Below, piece after piece: positions 26,431-36,208 of a DNA stretch of 64,000 nucleotides. The notes beneath the pieces are model-generated. The model was not told the origin of the DNA and made no database searches. It was given only the letters and a program-made list of their open reading frames with translations. This stretch comes from an uncultured Verrucomicrobiota bacterium. Lineage in GTDB: Bacteria; Verrucomicrobiota; Verrucomicrobiia; Limisphaerales; UBA8199. Position 1 is the stretch's first letter. The number at the start of each line of letters is the position of its first letter. Both the position numbers and the translations under genes were made by a program. The stretch is from positions 65,646 to 129,645 of the forward strand of contig CAZZFF010000001.1 of assembly GCA_964653485.1 (NCBI GenBank), given 5' to 3'.

Positions 26431-26619
26431 GTGAAATCCATCCTCCCCAGGATCGCTCTGGCATTTCTTGCTGTTGGAGTATCCTCCGCCATCGCAGCTT
26501 CCGTGGACGCGAGTCTGCCGAATGTCGCGCAATTCCAGACCAACCGCTCAGACCGTTTTTTGGTGGACCTCCAATATGTAAGCGCCGGACACCTTTTCAA
26601 CGGCAGACGCGCCCTTTAG
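26431..26619 (+). CDS. small putative secreted protein (62 aa)
   Basis: GTG start. Signal-like KSILPRIALAFLAVGVSSAIAAS. Locally lower GC. Confidence 0.35.
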   Translation: MKSILPRIALAFLAVGVSSAIAASVDASLPNVAQFQTNRSDRFLVDLQYVSAGHLFNGRRAL

Positions 26620-26682
26620 CCGCATCGGGGCGCACATGTTCGAAGCCCGCAGACGGTCGCGCATCCACCGCCAGGGCTGCTG

Positions 26683-27663
26683 TCATTTCACCCCAGCCTT
26701 GGCGGCGGCTTCGGGGTCAATGGCTTTGAGGGCGTTGGTTGCGGCGGAGCGGACAACTCCCTCTGGGTCGCTGAGCAAGTGCGCCAGTGCCGGGACCGTT
26801 TGTCGGGCTTCTGCTCCGAGGTTTCCAAGACCCTCGGCTGCATTACGTCGCACAAAAGGGTCGGCATCCTTCAAGGATTTCGCGAATACAGGCATGAGCA
26901 CCGATGGTTCAACTTGAAACGTCCTTAGCGCACTAACCGCGCAAAGGCGTAAAGACCAGTTGGGGCTAACAACATCCGGCAGGAATAAGGGAATTGCTTG
27001 GCGTGCCGCTGGCCCGATACTAACCAATGCGCCTCTCGCCGCCGATTCAGAGCACGGTGAGATGCTTCGCTCACAGATGTCTATCAGGGCTGGCACGGCT
27101 TGCTGGGCATCGGCACCCAAAATCGCGAACCCGTATGCTCCTTCGCAGTTCACAGTCTCCGCTGAGTTCCTTGACCACGCCGGGCCTCTGACCCAGTTCG
27201 GGAGGTAGCTGACTCTTTCAATGTGCAAGTGCCAGAAGCGAATCAGTTTGGAGGCCAAGGGGGAGTCTTTCTTGCGCAGCATGTCCAGCAAGGTCGGTAT
27301 CCCATTGGTGCCGATTTGCCGGATGGCCTTTTCGGCTCTCAGCGCTACCGCTGCCCTTCCAGGTCTGTATTCGTGCAGCCATGCCCGCAACCCCTTTCCT
27401 TGATATACCGGCTCGGTGTCGTGCGGGCGCAGAGTCAGCGTCCGCCAGGCGACCACGCCAGCAAAAGCAACCACCAAGACGGCGACCGATATGGACCCTC
27501 TTTCGCATGGCGGCTGTATGGTGCGGTTCGGGCCGCGAATCAAGCGAAATTGAGATGCTGTCGCGCTCGTCCAACTGTCCAATTTTGACAGTCGCGGGTC
27601 ATGCAGCCAGCCTGCTGATGGCAGGGCATATTCGCCGCTCTTGCGGACGATTTCCGAGGGCAA
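26683..27663 (-). CDS. HEAT-repeat protein with N-terminal membrane anchor
   Basis: Repeats of the type DPFVRRNAAEGLGNLGAEARQTVPALAHLLSDPEGVVRSAATNALKAI. TM segment ISVAVLVVAFAGVVAW. Confidence 0.75.
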   Translation of the reverse strand: MPSEIVRKSGEYALPSAGWLHDPRLSKLDSWTSATASQFRLIRGPNRTIQPPCERGSISVAVLVVAFAGVVAWRTLTLRPHDTEPVYQGKGLRAWLHEYRPGRAAVALRAEKAIRQIGTNGIPTLLDMLRKKDSPLASKLIRFWHLHIERVSYLPNWVRGPAWSRNSAETVNCEGAYGFAILGADAQQAVPALIDICERSISPCSESAARGALVSIGPAARQAIPLFLPDVVSPNWSLRLCAVSALRTFQVEPSVLMPVFAKSLKDADPFVRRNAAEGLGNLGAEARQTVPALAHLLSDPEGVVRSAATNALKAIDPEAAAKAGVK

Positions 27664-27787
27664 GTGCTATTCCGAACAGAAGATGGCCACCATCCTGGTG
27701 GGGGCTGGCGTCTCCAACGTGACTCGTTCTTCAACGGTCGCCGACCGAAGCGTGATCACCGCCCGGAAACCGTGAGCGGCGCTCTCC

Positions 27788-27874
27788 TATTTCCAGGAGG
27801 ACGTGCCCACGTAAACGCCCAGTGCTGCCAGGGCGGCAGCCTGCTGCCGCCAAGTCTTGCCGGTTGAAGGTCAC
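27788..27874 (-). pseudogene. DUF72 5'-terminal fragment (~87 nt, about 80% identical to 25574-25659)
   Basis: Direct nucleotide alignment to the 5' end of the DUF72 gene. It contains an indel and a stop (…GVYVGTSSWK*). Confidence 0.65.
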
Positions 27875-27920
27875 GGCTGGAACGATGGCCAAAACTACTC
27901 CACGAATCCCCTCAAGTCCG

Positions 27921-28310
27921 TTAACCCCTCCCTGAAACCCACTGTTTCATGTGCTGGTCCGCTTCTTCGTTGAGTTGCCGAAGCGAAGTCAGTTGCTCCT
28001 CCTGAGACAGCCCGGAAGCGCCCTTCCGCAACTGACCCTGCACGTATCGGTTGTGCTCCATCGAACATGGCAGGCACATAAACTTCAGCTTCTGAACACC
28101 CGTCACCAGGGAAAGGAAATCGGTGCCGCCAGCGCAAGGCTCACCGCCGCAATACTCACAACGCGCTTCCCGTTGAGCCGAGACGAACTCCTTTGCCTCG
28201 GGCGAACTCGCCTCGAAACACTCTGGGCAGAGGTCGCGCCCTTGCGTCGCGTCGTCAAGGCCAGCGACGTGGCAAGTGGCTTCTCGTTGATGGCAGGAGT
28301 CGCAGAGCAT
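27921..28310 (-). CDS. zinc-ribbon protein (several CxxC pairs)
   Basis: MLCDSCHQREATCHV...CPECF...CEYCGGEPC...CLPCS. 129-aa ORF. Confidence 0.65.
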   Translation of the reverse strand: MLCDSCHQREATCHVAGLDDATQGRDLCPECFEASSPEAKEFVSAQREARCEYCGGEPCAGGTDFLSLVTGVQKLKFMCLPCSMEHNRYVQGQLRKGASGLSQEEQLTSLRQLNEEADQHMKQWVSGRG

Positions 28311-28345
28311 GTTGAGGCAATGTTACACGCTCTTCGTTCTTCCGG

Positions 28346-28873
28346 TCAATCGCGAGGAACCGGCGTCAAGCAGCGCCCGCCCCCCGCTATCGGCTTCTGG
28401 CTCGCTGCCTCTGTCTCGCCGGTCAAGGTCCACAGCTTCCGGCCCTCATCGACCTCGTAGTAATCGAAGAACGTGACGATGTCCGTGCGGTGGGCCAAGC
28501 CGCTCGAAGCCTTGTACCGCTCCAACTCCTGGGTCCAGCCGTCGTCCTCGTCGCGCCAGCCGCGCTTCTCCATGAACTTGTTCCAGATGAGCACCTGCTC
28601 GTCGTTGGGGCGGCTTCCGTGCGAGAAGCACCAGGCCAGGATTTCGTCGTCGGTGCCGCCCGCCAGGACGCGCTCCCGCAGCGTTGGATACTCGACGCCC
28701 AGGAACCGGCAGCACCGGCCATCGAAGCTTGTGCCCAGGTTGGCGTGGTAGTCAGCGCGTAAAGTGCCAGCGGCATGGAGCCGAACCTTGTCGAGCATCC
28801 GGGCGAAATACACGACGCCGCCAGTCCGATCGTAGGCGCTGCGAGGAACGGAGGTTTGATGCTTCGGTTGCAT
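28346..28873 (-). CDS. DUF5069 family protein
   Basis: VPRSAYDRTGGVVYFARMLDKVRLHAAGTLRADYHANLG...DDEILAWCF matches my memory of the DUF5069 consensus. Start taken at MQPKHQ. Confidence 0.7.
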   Translation of the reverse strand: MQPKHQTSVPRSAYDRTGGVVYFARMLDKVRLHAAGTLRADYHANLGTSFDGRCCRFLGVEYPTLRERVLAGGTDDEILAWCFSHGSRPNDEQVLIWNKFMEKRGWRDEDDGWTQELERYKASSGLAHRTDIVTFFDYYEVDEGRKLWTLTGETEAASQKPIAGGGRCLTPVPRD

Positions 28874-29778
28874 GGTGCGTGAACCGGAACGTAAACCGCC
28901 GACGCTCAGCCGCAAGTGGAAATCCGCGCCGCCCGGCCCCCTAAAGCCGCCGTCATTGAGGGCGGGTAATCGCCAGGCGACGACGGTGCTGGGCAGGCGG
29001 GCGACCTGCCCTGTGATCGGACATCTCGCGGTCAAAGCGGGGCCAACTGTCCAAAATGGACAGTTGTGGCCAGATGCTGTCAACGGTCTGCTCAGGGACG
29101 CCGAACCTCACCCGAGATTGCATCGTACTGGCCCTCGGCGGTGCAATGAGGCACCCCACCGGATTTGTCAACAACTGTTCACATCCTGCTGCCCGAGAGT
29201 ACGGTGCAAGGCCCACGCCGATGGCCCGGCAGCAGGGGTTCGGTTTTTAAGGGCGGCGGCTCCCGACAACTCGCTGGCGCTCCGTTCATCTGCCAGCAGG
29301 GCCAGGACGGCGTTCCGACCGCTCCCGGCCTGGCCGAGGCCGGTTTGCACTCCAACGGCGGGCCGTGTCGCCCGTGGTGCCCTGACCGGGCGGACGGCCC
29401 AGGGATAGATTCCGGCTGCCGCTCCCGGCGCGATGGCCCCATCCCCGGCTCAAGTGCTTGCCCGAACCAGCCGATGTACCGTTGCGGGCCTTTTTGAAAC
29501 TGCTCGCTGGCGACGCGGATTTCGTTTACCCTGGTCGCTGATGAAAACAAAAATGACGAGAATACTGTAACCAACATTTTAGCGTAGCTTCGGCTACTGG
29601 CCTCGATAGAAAACCGCGAATTTTCAAGTCCAGAGGCAAGCCGCTTAGCTCGCGCCCATCGGGCGCGGCTCGGCGTATTCTCTGGACGGGCGCTTCGCGG
29701 TGCCTCTATCGGGGGTGCGTTGGGTTCGCGCCCCTTTCTTTTTGGCTGGGTTCGTGGTTGCGCTGGAAAGCAACTACC

Positions 29779-32685
29779 ATGAAAAGCATCCATTTCCGCT
29801 TCACGCACCTGGCCCTCGTCCTTGGCTTCGTCGCATCTGCGCTCCATGCGGACACGTTCACCGTCACCCGCACAAACGCTACAGGCCCCGGCTCGCTGCC
29901 GGTGGTTATCAACCAGGCCAACGCCATGCCCGGCGACAACGTCATCGAGTTTGCGGTGACGAACCCGATCGTGCTCGTGGCTCCGCTGCCGCCCATCACC
30001 AACAACGTGACTATCAACGGGCGCATCGATGTGCCCACGATTATTAGCGGCGGCGGCGCGGTGCCGATCTTCGCATTCGTAGCGGGCACGACGAACATCC
30101 TGTCTAATTTGGTCCTGCCGAACGGCTTCTCGACAGGAAGTGGCGCGGCGATAAATAATGCGGGCGTCCTTTTCGTGAGCGGATGCCTGCTGACCAACAA
30201 CGTCGCCCCGGGTTCTGGTGGTGCGATTAGCAACGGTGGAGTTATGACCCTCGTGAACACCAGCCTCGCCTGGAACCGGGCGACACAGGGCGGCGCGATT
30301 TACAACGCGGGCAGCATGACCATCTCGGCTTCGCCGCTGGCGGGCAACGGCGCGGGCAACGGAGGGGCAATTTACAACGAGGGCGATCTTTTCCTGAACC
30401 AACTTACAATCTCCAGCAATCGAACGTCCCTCGGATTCGGCGGCGGCATCTACAGCGATGGAAGTCTGACCCTGCTCGCATCAACTTTTGCATATAATCA
30501 GGCAGTCGGCGGGTCGGGCGGGTATGCTGGCATTGTTGGCGGTGGAGGCGGCGCGGGTCTTGGCGGCGCACTCTTTTCGGCAGGCGGGGTCGTGTTGGCG
30601 ACTAATTCCACGTTTTTCGGCAACTCCGCTATCGGAGGCGAGGGCGGAGGTTACCAGTTTTCTCAAACCGCTTATTCTGGGGGCGGGAACAACGCGGGCG
30701 CTGCTGGTTCGTCCGCATCGGATGGAGGTTTGGGCGGCGGTGGGGCTGGGGGCTATCCGGGTGGTCCAGGTCCAGGTAATGGAGGCTTCGGTGGTGGCGG
30801 GGGCGGTGGAGGCTATTTCGTCCAGGGCGTCTTTGCCGCTCCTGGCTTGGGCGGCTTCGGCGGAGGCAATGGAGCCAACGATTCGCTTTACGGCACCGGT
30901 CCCGGTGGAGGCGGTGCCGGAATGGGCGGAGGAGTATTTCTTGAGGCTGGGGGCCTGACTGCCGTCAATTGCACGATAGCTGGTAATCTCGTTGCGGGCG
31001 GATTGCCCGGAGCGCCATGGACTGTCGGACCCAACGGAACCGCTGGCCAAGGCATCGGCGGCGGGATGTTCAATCATTCGGGCACGGTGACCTTGCTGAA
31101 CACGATTCTTGCGAGCAACGTTGCGACCAACAATCCGCAGTTTGGGCCTGGCTTCACCGTCGCGGGCAACCCAAACACCAGCCCCGATATGCAGGGAGCC
31201 GTTGTCTCCACAGGGTTCAACCTCGTGGGCAACAACCAGAGTGCGACCGGCCTGAGCATCAACGATTTTCAGAACGTGCCCGCCAATCTCGGCCCGTTGC
31301 AGGATAATGGTGGTCCCACGCTCACCTGCGCCCTCCTCCAGGGCAGCTTGGCTATCGGCGCGGGGACCAGCACCGGAGCGCCGCTCACGGACCAACGCGG
31401 CGTGGCCCGCCCGCCCGGCCAATGCGACATCGGCGCGTTCCAACTCGCCACGCTTATTACGCCAACGGTACAGTGGACCAACCCGTCAGACATCGTTTAT
31501 GGGACGCCGTTGGGTTCCAGCCAACTCAACGCGACGGCAGGGGCTGCGGGAACGCTGGTCTATACGCCCCCTGGTGGAACCGTCCTCGCGGCGGGTTCAA
31601 ACCAGATGCTCCAGGTCGTGTTCACGCCTGCGGACCCGAGTCAATACACAAGCGCGACCAATTCCGTCCTCATCAACGTGCTCAAGGCGGACCAGACGAT
31701 CACGTTCGCCGCAATCTCCGGCCATCGAATTGGCGACCCGCCCATACTGCTCAGCGCCAGCGCCAACTCCGGGTTGCCGGTCAGCTTGGCGGTCATTTCC
31801 AGCCCGGCGACCTTGACGGGGAACCTGCTGTCGTTCGGCTCGACCAACGGCTGGGTAACGGTCGCCGCTACGCAGCTTGGCGATACCAGCTACAACGGAG
31901 TCGAATTGGACCAGTCCTTCTACCTCGGCACGTTTCCGCTGCCCGTCATCACGACGCAGCCTGCCAGCCAGTCGGTTTATCCGGGCGACCGTGTGTCGTT
32001 CTCCGTGGCTGCGACCAACGGGCCGCTCAGTTACCAGTGGGAGTTCTTCGGCGAGAGCATTGCCGGTGGAACCTCGTCGAGCTTGGTGCTGGCGAGGGTG
32101 CAAGCCAGCCAGGCGGGGCCATACCGGGTCATCCTCAGCAACCCTAGCGGCTCGGTGACCAGCGCCATCGCCAACCTCGGTGTCGTCGTCAGCGCCGGAA
32201 CGCCCGCCATCACTGTCCAGCCGCAGGGCCAGGCCATCCGCCTGGGCGAGACGGCCACGCTGCACGTGGTCGCCACGGGAGCCGCCCCGCTCTCCTACCA
32301 GTGGTATGAAGGCGTGAGCGGAGACACGAACGGCATCGTTCCAGGGGCTATCTCTCCCGTTTATACGGCGTCGGGGCTGACGACGAACACCAGTTTTTGG
32401 GTCAGCGTCAACGACAACCTCGGCACGGTGGACAGCGCCGCTGCTAACGTGGCGGTGTTCCCAGCCAAAGCCGCCAGGTTGAGGCTGACGATGCAGAACG
32501 GCATGGCCGCACTGGTGATCGACGGCTTGCCAGGAACCCAATACCGCTTGGACTACACGACCAACCTCTCCGCTACGGCCTGGTCGAACGTAGTCAACTT
32601 GGTCCTGCCCAGCAGCCCCTACACGTTCATCGACGCGACTTCCCTGAATGCGCCGCTGCGATTTTACAGGGCCGTCACGCAGTAG
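29779..32685 (+). CDS. large secreted adhesin-like protein: Pmp-type beta-helix repeats, Gly-rich segment, choice-of-anchor-Q-like motif, Ig-like domains, RFYR C-terminal domain
   Basis: Signal peptide MKSIHFRFTHLALVLGFVASALHA. GGAISN/GGAIYN repeats. LGPLQDNGGPTLTCALLQGSLAIGAG...DQRGVARPPGQCDIGAFQ. Ig-like PASQSVYPGDRVSFSVAATNGPLSYQW. Ends PLRFYRAVTQ*. Confidence 0.85.
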   Translation: MKSIHFRFTHLALVLGFVASALHADTFTVTRTNATGPGSLPVVINQANAMPGDNVIEFAVTNPIVLVAPLPPITNNVTINGRIDVPTIISGGGAVPIFAFVAGTTNILSNLVLPNGFSTGSGAAINNAGVLFVSGCLLTNNVAPGSGGAISNGGVMTLVNTSLAWNRATQGGAIYNAGSMTISASPLAGNGAGNGGAIYNEGDLFLNQLTISSNRTSLGFGGGIYSDGSLTLLASTFAYNQAVGGSGGYAGIVGGGGGAGLGGALFSAGGVVLATNSTFFGNSAIGGEGGGYQFSQTAYSGGGNNAGAAGSSASDGGLGGGGAGGYPGGPGPGNGGFGGGGGGGGYFVQGVFAAPGLGGFGGGNGANDSLYGTGPGGGGAGMGGGVFLEAGGLTAVNCTIAGNLVAGGLPGAPWTVGPNGTAGQGIGGGMFNHSGTVTLLNTILASNVATNNPQFGPGFTVAGNPNTSPDMQGAVVSTGFNLVGNNQSATGLSINDFQNVPANLGPLQDNGGPTLTCALLQGSLAIGAGTSTGAPLTDQRGVARPPGQCDIGAFQLATLITPTVQWTNPSDIVYGTPLGSSQLNATAGAAGTLVYTPPGGTVLAAGSNQMLQVVFTPADPSQYTSATNSVLINVLKADQTITFAAISGHRIGDPPILLSASANSGLPVSLAVISSPATLTGNLLSFGSTNGWVTVAATQLGDTSYNGVELDQSFYLGTFPLPVITTQPASQSVYPGDRVSFSVAATNGPLSYQWEFFGESIAGGTSSSLVLARVQASQAGPYRVILSNPSGSVTSAIANLGVVVSAGTPAITVQPQGQAIRLGETATLHVVATGAAPLSYQWYEGVSGDTNGIVPGAISPVYTASGLTTNTSFWVSVNDNLGTVDSAAANVAVFPAKAARLRLTMQNGMAALVIDGLPGTQYRLDYTTNLSATAWSNVVNLVLPSSPYTFIDATSLNAPLRFYRAVTQ

Positions 32686-32732
32686 GCATAAACTCACACA
32701 CGACGCCACTGACCTGGAAAGGACTAGCGAAT

Positions 32733-33962
32733 ATGGCGGAAGACCCAAACGACTTTCTGAGACGCATGTGCAATCAACCTGACGATTCTGGTTCCATATT
32801 GCCAGAGACGGAACGGAATGTCCTGCTCCTGGCCGGTGCTGTGGACCTTCGGTGCAACCGAATTAAAGTGCGTGAAGCGCAAAGCCTGCTGGAGAACATC
32901 CACGAACACCAGGTGTTCTTTTATCCAGGTTCCGGTTCAGATTGGGAACCCCTTCACCGTTTCACCCACCAGTGCGACACCTTCATCTTTTGCGATTGGG
33001 AGACGCCGCCCGGAGCCGTCGATGGCGAATTTCGCCTTCCGGGGCTGGCAGCGGAGTTTGTCGTCAACCTCGATGGCGGAGCAGTCCAGTATTTGTCTGA
33101 TGCTTCGCGCATCCAGGGGCGCATTTGGCGAATCGTGAAGACAGAGGGCAATCCGCTCGTTAAACCCTGGGGGAAGTATGCGCGGTTGGCCCGATCGGTC
33201 GGCAATATCACGCGGACCGTCCATTTCTTTTACCTGGGGATCGAGGGCGTTACCGCCTTCTTCAACCTGTTCACCCCGGTCAAGACCGCGCCCAAGATCA
33301 TTTGCTTAAAGGGAGTCCGTGCCTTTTCAGGGAATTGGACCGACTTCCACGACTGGGACCGACCGCTTGGACAACTGGTGCGCAAGTGCGACACCAAACC
33401 CACGCACCTGATCGCGGAAGGTGGGCCGGACAGTTGGCCATATCCTCGGCTCTGGCAGCGCTTCGCCGATTGGGATCGTTCGCCCGCCGCCTACGTGGCC
33501 GAGGGCTATCAGCCACAAGCCGTTCGGACGCACCCTTTGGACGGCACTCGCCGGGTGATAGTGAAGCGCGGGGCCTTGACCCCTGAAGCCGTACCGGGTT
33601 GTGATGCCGTCGTGCTGCCGATGACGCTTTACACGAAGCACCGGGAGGAATGGCCAGCGCCAGCCAAGATCATGTTGCTCGCGCCGTCCGACCAGGAGGG
33701 CCAACTTCCCGCCCACGAGGACCGCGTCGTGTTCCTTGGCAGCAAGAGAGCGCCGTTGGGCAAGCTCCTGGATTGCCTTGCCCAAACGTGCGGGAGGCTT
33801 AACATCCGTCGCGTCTCCAGCGTCGGCATCGGATACGAAGATGAAGGGCCTGAGTTGGAGGCGTGGCGTCGGCGGGCAGGGCCAGCGCTGGAACTGACGA
33901 TTTATTGCGAGCACGAAGGCGACATGGCGTCGCTGGGGCCTTACGCGGACGAAGTGCAATAA
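32733..33962 (+). CDS. hypothetical protein (409 aa) opening with MAEDPNDFLRRM motif
   Basis: Long protein-like ORF. The N-terminal motif recurs in two small ORFs at 35.05 and 43.3 kb. Confidence 0.7.
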   Translation: MAEDPNDFLRRMCNQPDDSGSILPETERNVLLLAGAVDLRCNRIKVREAQSLLENIHEHQVFFYPGSGSDWEPLHRFTHQCDTFIFCDWETPPGAVDGEFRLPGLAAEFVVNLDGGAVQYLSDASRIQGRIWRIVKTEGNPLVKPWGKYARLARSVGNITRTVHFFYLGIEGVTAFFNLFTPVKTAPKIICLKGVRAFSGNWTDFHDWDRPLGQLVRKCDTKPTHLIAEGGPDSWPYPRLWQRFADWDRSPAAYVAEGYQPQAVRTHPLDGTRRVIVKRGALTPEAVPGCDAVVLPMTLYTKHREEWPAPAKIMLLAPSDQEGQLPAHEDRVVFLGSKRAPLGKLLDCLAQTCGRLNIRRVSSVGIGYEDEGPELEAWRRRAGPALELTIYCEHEGDMASLGPYADEVQ

Positions 33963-34969
33963 CGATGGGCAGAGAATCCTGATTCGTGACCCGAGCGCCG
34001 AGAAAAACCAAACCCTTGTTGACCCGAGGCCAACTGCTCTCCTGTTCGGGCCGGAGCGTGCCAACGTGGCCCCGGCACTTCAAGGAGACGCGGGCGTCCA
34101 GGGCGGTGACGGCTCGCTGCGCGGACCAGCACGACTTGCCGTGCTGCAATGAATTGGTCCGGCCCCTGGAAATCTTCCCTGACCCAATGGCCGCGTTCCA
34201 CAACACACCAACCGGGTTTAAGGATTAGCATGGTTCTCCTCGTCATCGGTGTCATCGTCCTCGTTTGCCTGCTGTGGCCTGCTCTGACCATTTTCGTAGT
34301 TCGTTTCGGGTTTTGCGGCTTCTTTGGGCTGCTACGGGCTACTTTCGGAAAGCTAGGCTGATGGCTCACCATCTCGTTTAGGATTCTGCAAATCGGGTCA
34401 ATGGGCGTTTACGCAATTAACGGTGCCCGCATGGTCGGTATCTCGATTTTAGACCCTGGCGGGGGTGAGGACATGCCAACCTGGATGTATGGATTGCTTG
34501 CTGTCTGGCTGGCGGCTACCTGGTTTCTTTTCGACGCAACAGAAGCGACGCCGACAAAGTCCAAATCCTTCGTCAATCGCCCAAGGCAGCCCGATGGTCG
34601 ATTCATGAAGATCAGTTCCACCCCCACAAGGCAGCGAGTAAAACATCCCTGGACAGATTGGACGCCGTCGTTGAGCGAGTCCGGCCAAGGCGTTCCGAAA
34701 CAACCCGACCCTAAGACATGAGCAACACCAAAATCCTGCGGCAGGGAAAACGTAGCCTTGGGCCTGCCCGCTCATCTCGCCATTCGCCGCTTCATTTGCC
34801 TGGTCGGAGTCGGCCCAGACGCCATCCGCGTTACAGTCATGGGCGGCGCAATGTTGTTTGGTGGAAATGAGCGCCGCGCCGGTCAACCGAGGGCGTAAGT
34901 ACATCAAAGACCTGGGGAGCGCGGCCACGTCGTCGACAACTGCTCCTTGAGAGGATACGGTTAGATTAT

Positions 34970-35161
34970 GTGCCCAGAAGATCAGACCCAACACCAGGGC
35001 GAAGCGCCAAGAGTTTCTTCATCCATAAACTCCCGCGTAAACGGGCGATCGGCGAAGACCCGAAGGATTTTCTCCGGCGCATGTCCCAGCGGCAGGCGGC
35101 AGCGGCTCAGCAGGCGGCGGCAGGCGAGCCGGACCATCCGGCCCCGGTGCCTGAAGACTGA
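34970..35161 (+). CDS. small protein with GEDPKDFLRRMS motif
   Basis: GTG start. Motif at 35051-35086, conserved at peptide level with synonymous differences from the other copies. Confidence 0.5.
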   Translation: MPRRSDPTPGRSAKSFFIHKLPRKRAIGEDPKDFLRRMSQRQAAAAQQAAAGEPDHPAPVPED

Positions 35162-35185
35162 GGCAAATTCTGCGAGACCAAGACC

Positions 35186-35746
35186 ATGAAGCCGAAGCAC
35201 CCGCGTTCCGTTGACGACGGCGGCGAGCCTAATCTTGGGCCGGAGTTTTACATGCTCAGAGGCATCAGCGCTGCCGAAAACGACCATCTCCAGCGCAGGG
35301 CCGACGCCTTGGAGCGGCGCATGTTTAGGAGGCGCGTCGAGAACCCCGCCAAGCTCTTGGCCGAACTGCGCATTGCTCTTCGGCAGGCGGGATGGATCGA
35401 ACTTCGGGTGGAGTGGTTTGGCACCGGCAGCCTGCTGGTCACCGCAAGGATCGGGGCGCGGCTTAGCGCGAAGTTGGGCAAGAACAGGTCCATGAGCGCC
35501 AAGGAGTGGCTGTTCGGCGATTTCGTCAAGGCTGCCCGCCAGGTCGGCCTCAAGCCGGGAATCGAGGACATCGGCGTCGACCTGAACGGGCGCAGAATCC
35601 TAGGCTCGGTGAGCGCCGTGCCGATGGCCGACAGCAGCGTCGTGCTCGACCGCATGGTGAAGCGATGGCTCGAACAGCGCCGGGCCAAGGCCGCACCTTC
35701 TCGGGGCGCTCCGCAGACGGCAGCCGACCACTCGCACAAACGGTAG
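35186..35746 (+). CDS. hypothetical protein (186 aa)
   Basis: Protein-like ORF, 24 nt after the preceding stop. Confidence 0.6.
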   Translation: MKPKHPRSVDDGGEPNLGPEFYMLRGISAAENDHLQRRADALERRMFRRRVENPAKLLAELRIALRQAGWIELRVEWFGTGSLLVTARIGARLSAKLGKNRSMSAKEWLFGDFVKAARQVGLKPGIEDIGVDLNGRRILGSVSAVPMADSSVVLDRMVKRWLEQRRAKAAPSRGAPQTAADHSHKR

Positions 35747-35760
35747 GGAATCGCGCCCGC

Positions 35761-36183
35761 GTGGCCGTGGCCGGGGGGCGGGCGGCTGGGCCGCGTCTTT
35801 ACGGCGACAACGGCACCGGCCTGGAGATTTGCTACGACAACGTTTACAAAGGCACGACCTTTGACGGGAAGAATCTGCTTCGGCGCTGGAAGGGCCACGA
35901 TTTCAAAATCAGCGTGTGGCCGGGGGCCTTTAAGGACGATTCCGGCAAGGTCGTAGCCTGCATCCCGGCCAACGAGGAGAACCGCCAGGCCCTCAAGGAA
36001 TTTTGCCGTCGCGTGGACGTGCTCCGGGACAAGTTGGCCGAGTTTCTGCGGCCCGATGTCATTATGCAAAACCTGGCGAACCTCTCCGGGTGCGCCCTGC
36101 TTCCGCCAGCCCCGCCGCTGCCTAAGCAGCCCAAACAGATCGCGGCGAAGGTAGTGGAGGCTGAAAGTAAAAATGATTGTTGA
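35761..36183 (+). CDS. hypothetical protein (start approximate, GTG)
   Basis: LYGDNGTGLEICYDNVYKGTTFDGKNLLRRWKGHDFKISVWPGAF... is protein-like. The upstream part of ORF 35506-36183 overlaps the previous gene. Confidence 0.5.
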   Translation: MAVAGGRAAGPRLYGDNGTGLEICYDNVYKGTTFDGKNLLRRWKGHDFKISVWPGAFKDDSGKVVACIPANEENRQALKEFCRRVDVLRDKLAEFLRPDVIMQNLANLSGCALLPPAPPLPKQPKQIAAKVVEAESKNDC

Positions 36184-36208
36184 CGGCGCGTTTCAGGCGT
36201 ATGCCTAG

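Noticed and set aside
30480-30960. GGC/GGT-rich low-complexity DNA that looks like a microsatellite
   Set aside because: It encodes the in-frame Gly-rich tract of the adhesin. There is no exact tandem unit.
29179-32748. Antisense ORFs 29179-30402, 30481-31443 and 31597-32748 (up to 407 aa)
   Set aside because: They lie opposite the 975-aa adhesin gene and have wrong-frame composition (Arg/Pro/Gly/His-rich).
33963-34970. Several small ORFs (34149-34361, 34401-34721, 34449-34994 and others), including a 43-aa hydrophobic peptide MVLLVIGVIVLVCLLWPAL... at 34230-34361
   Set aside because: These are mutually overlapping alternatives on both strands with no recognisable family. I cannot decide which, if any, is real. 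This may be the boundary zone of the element.
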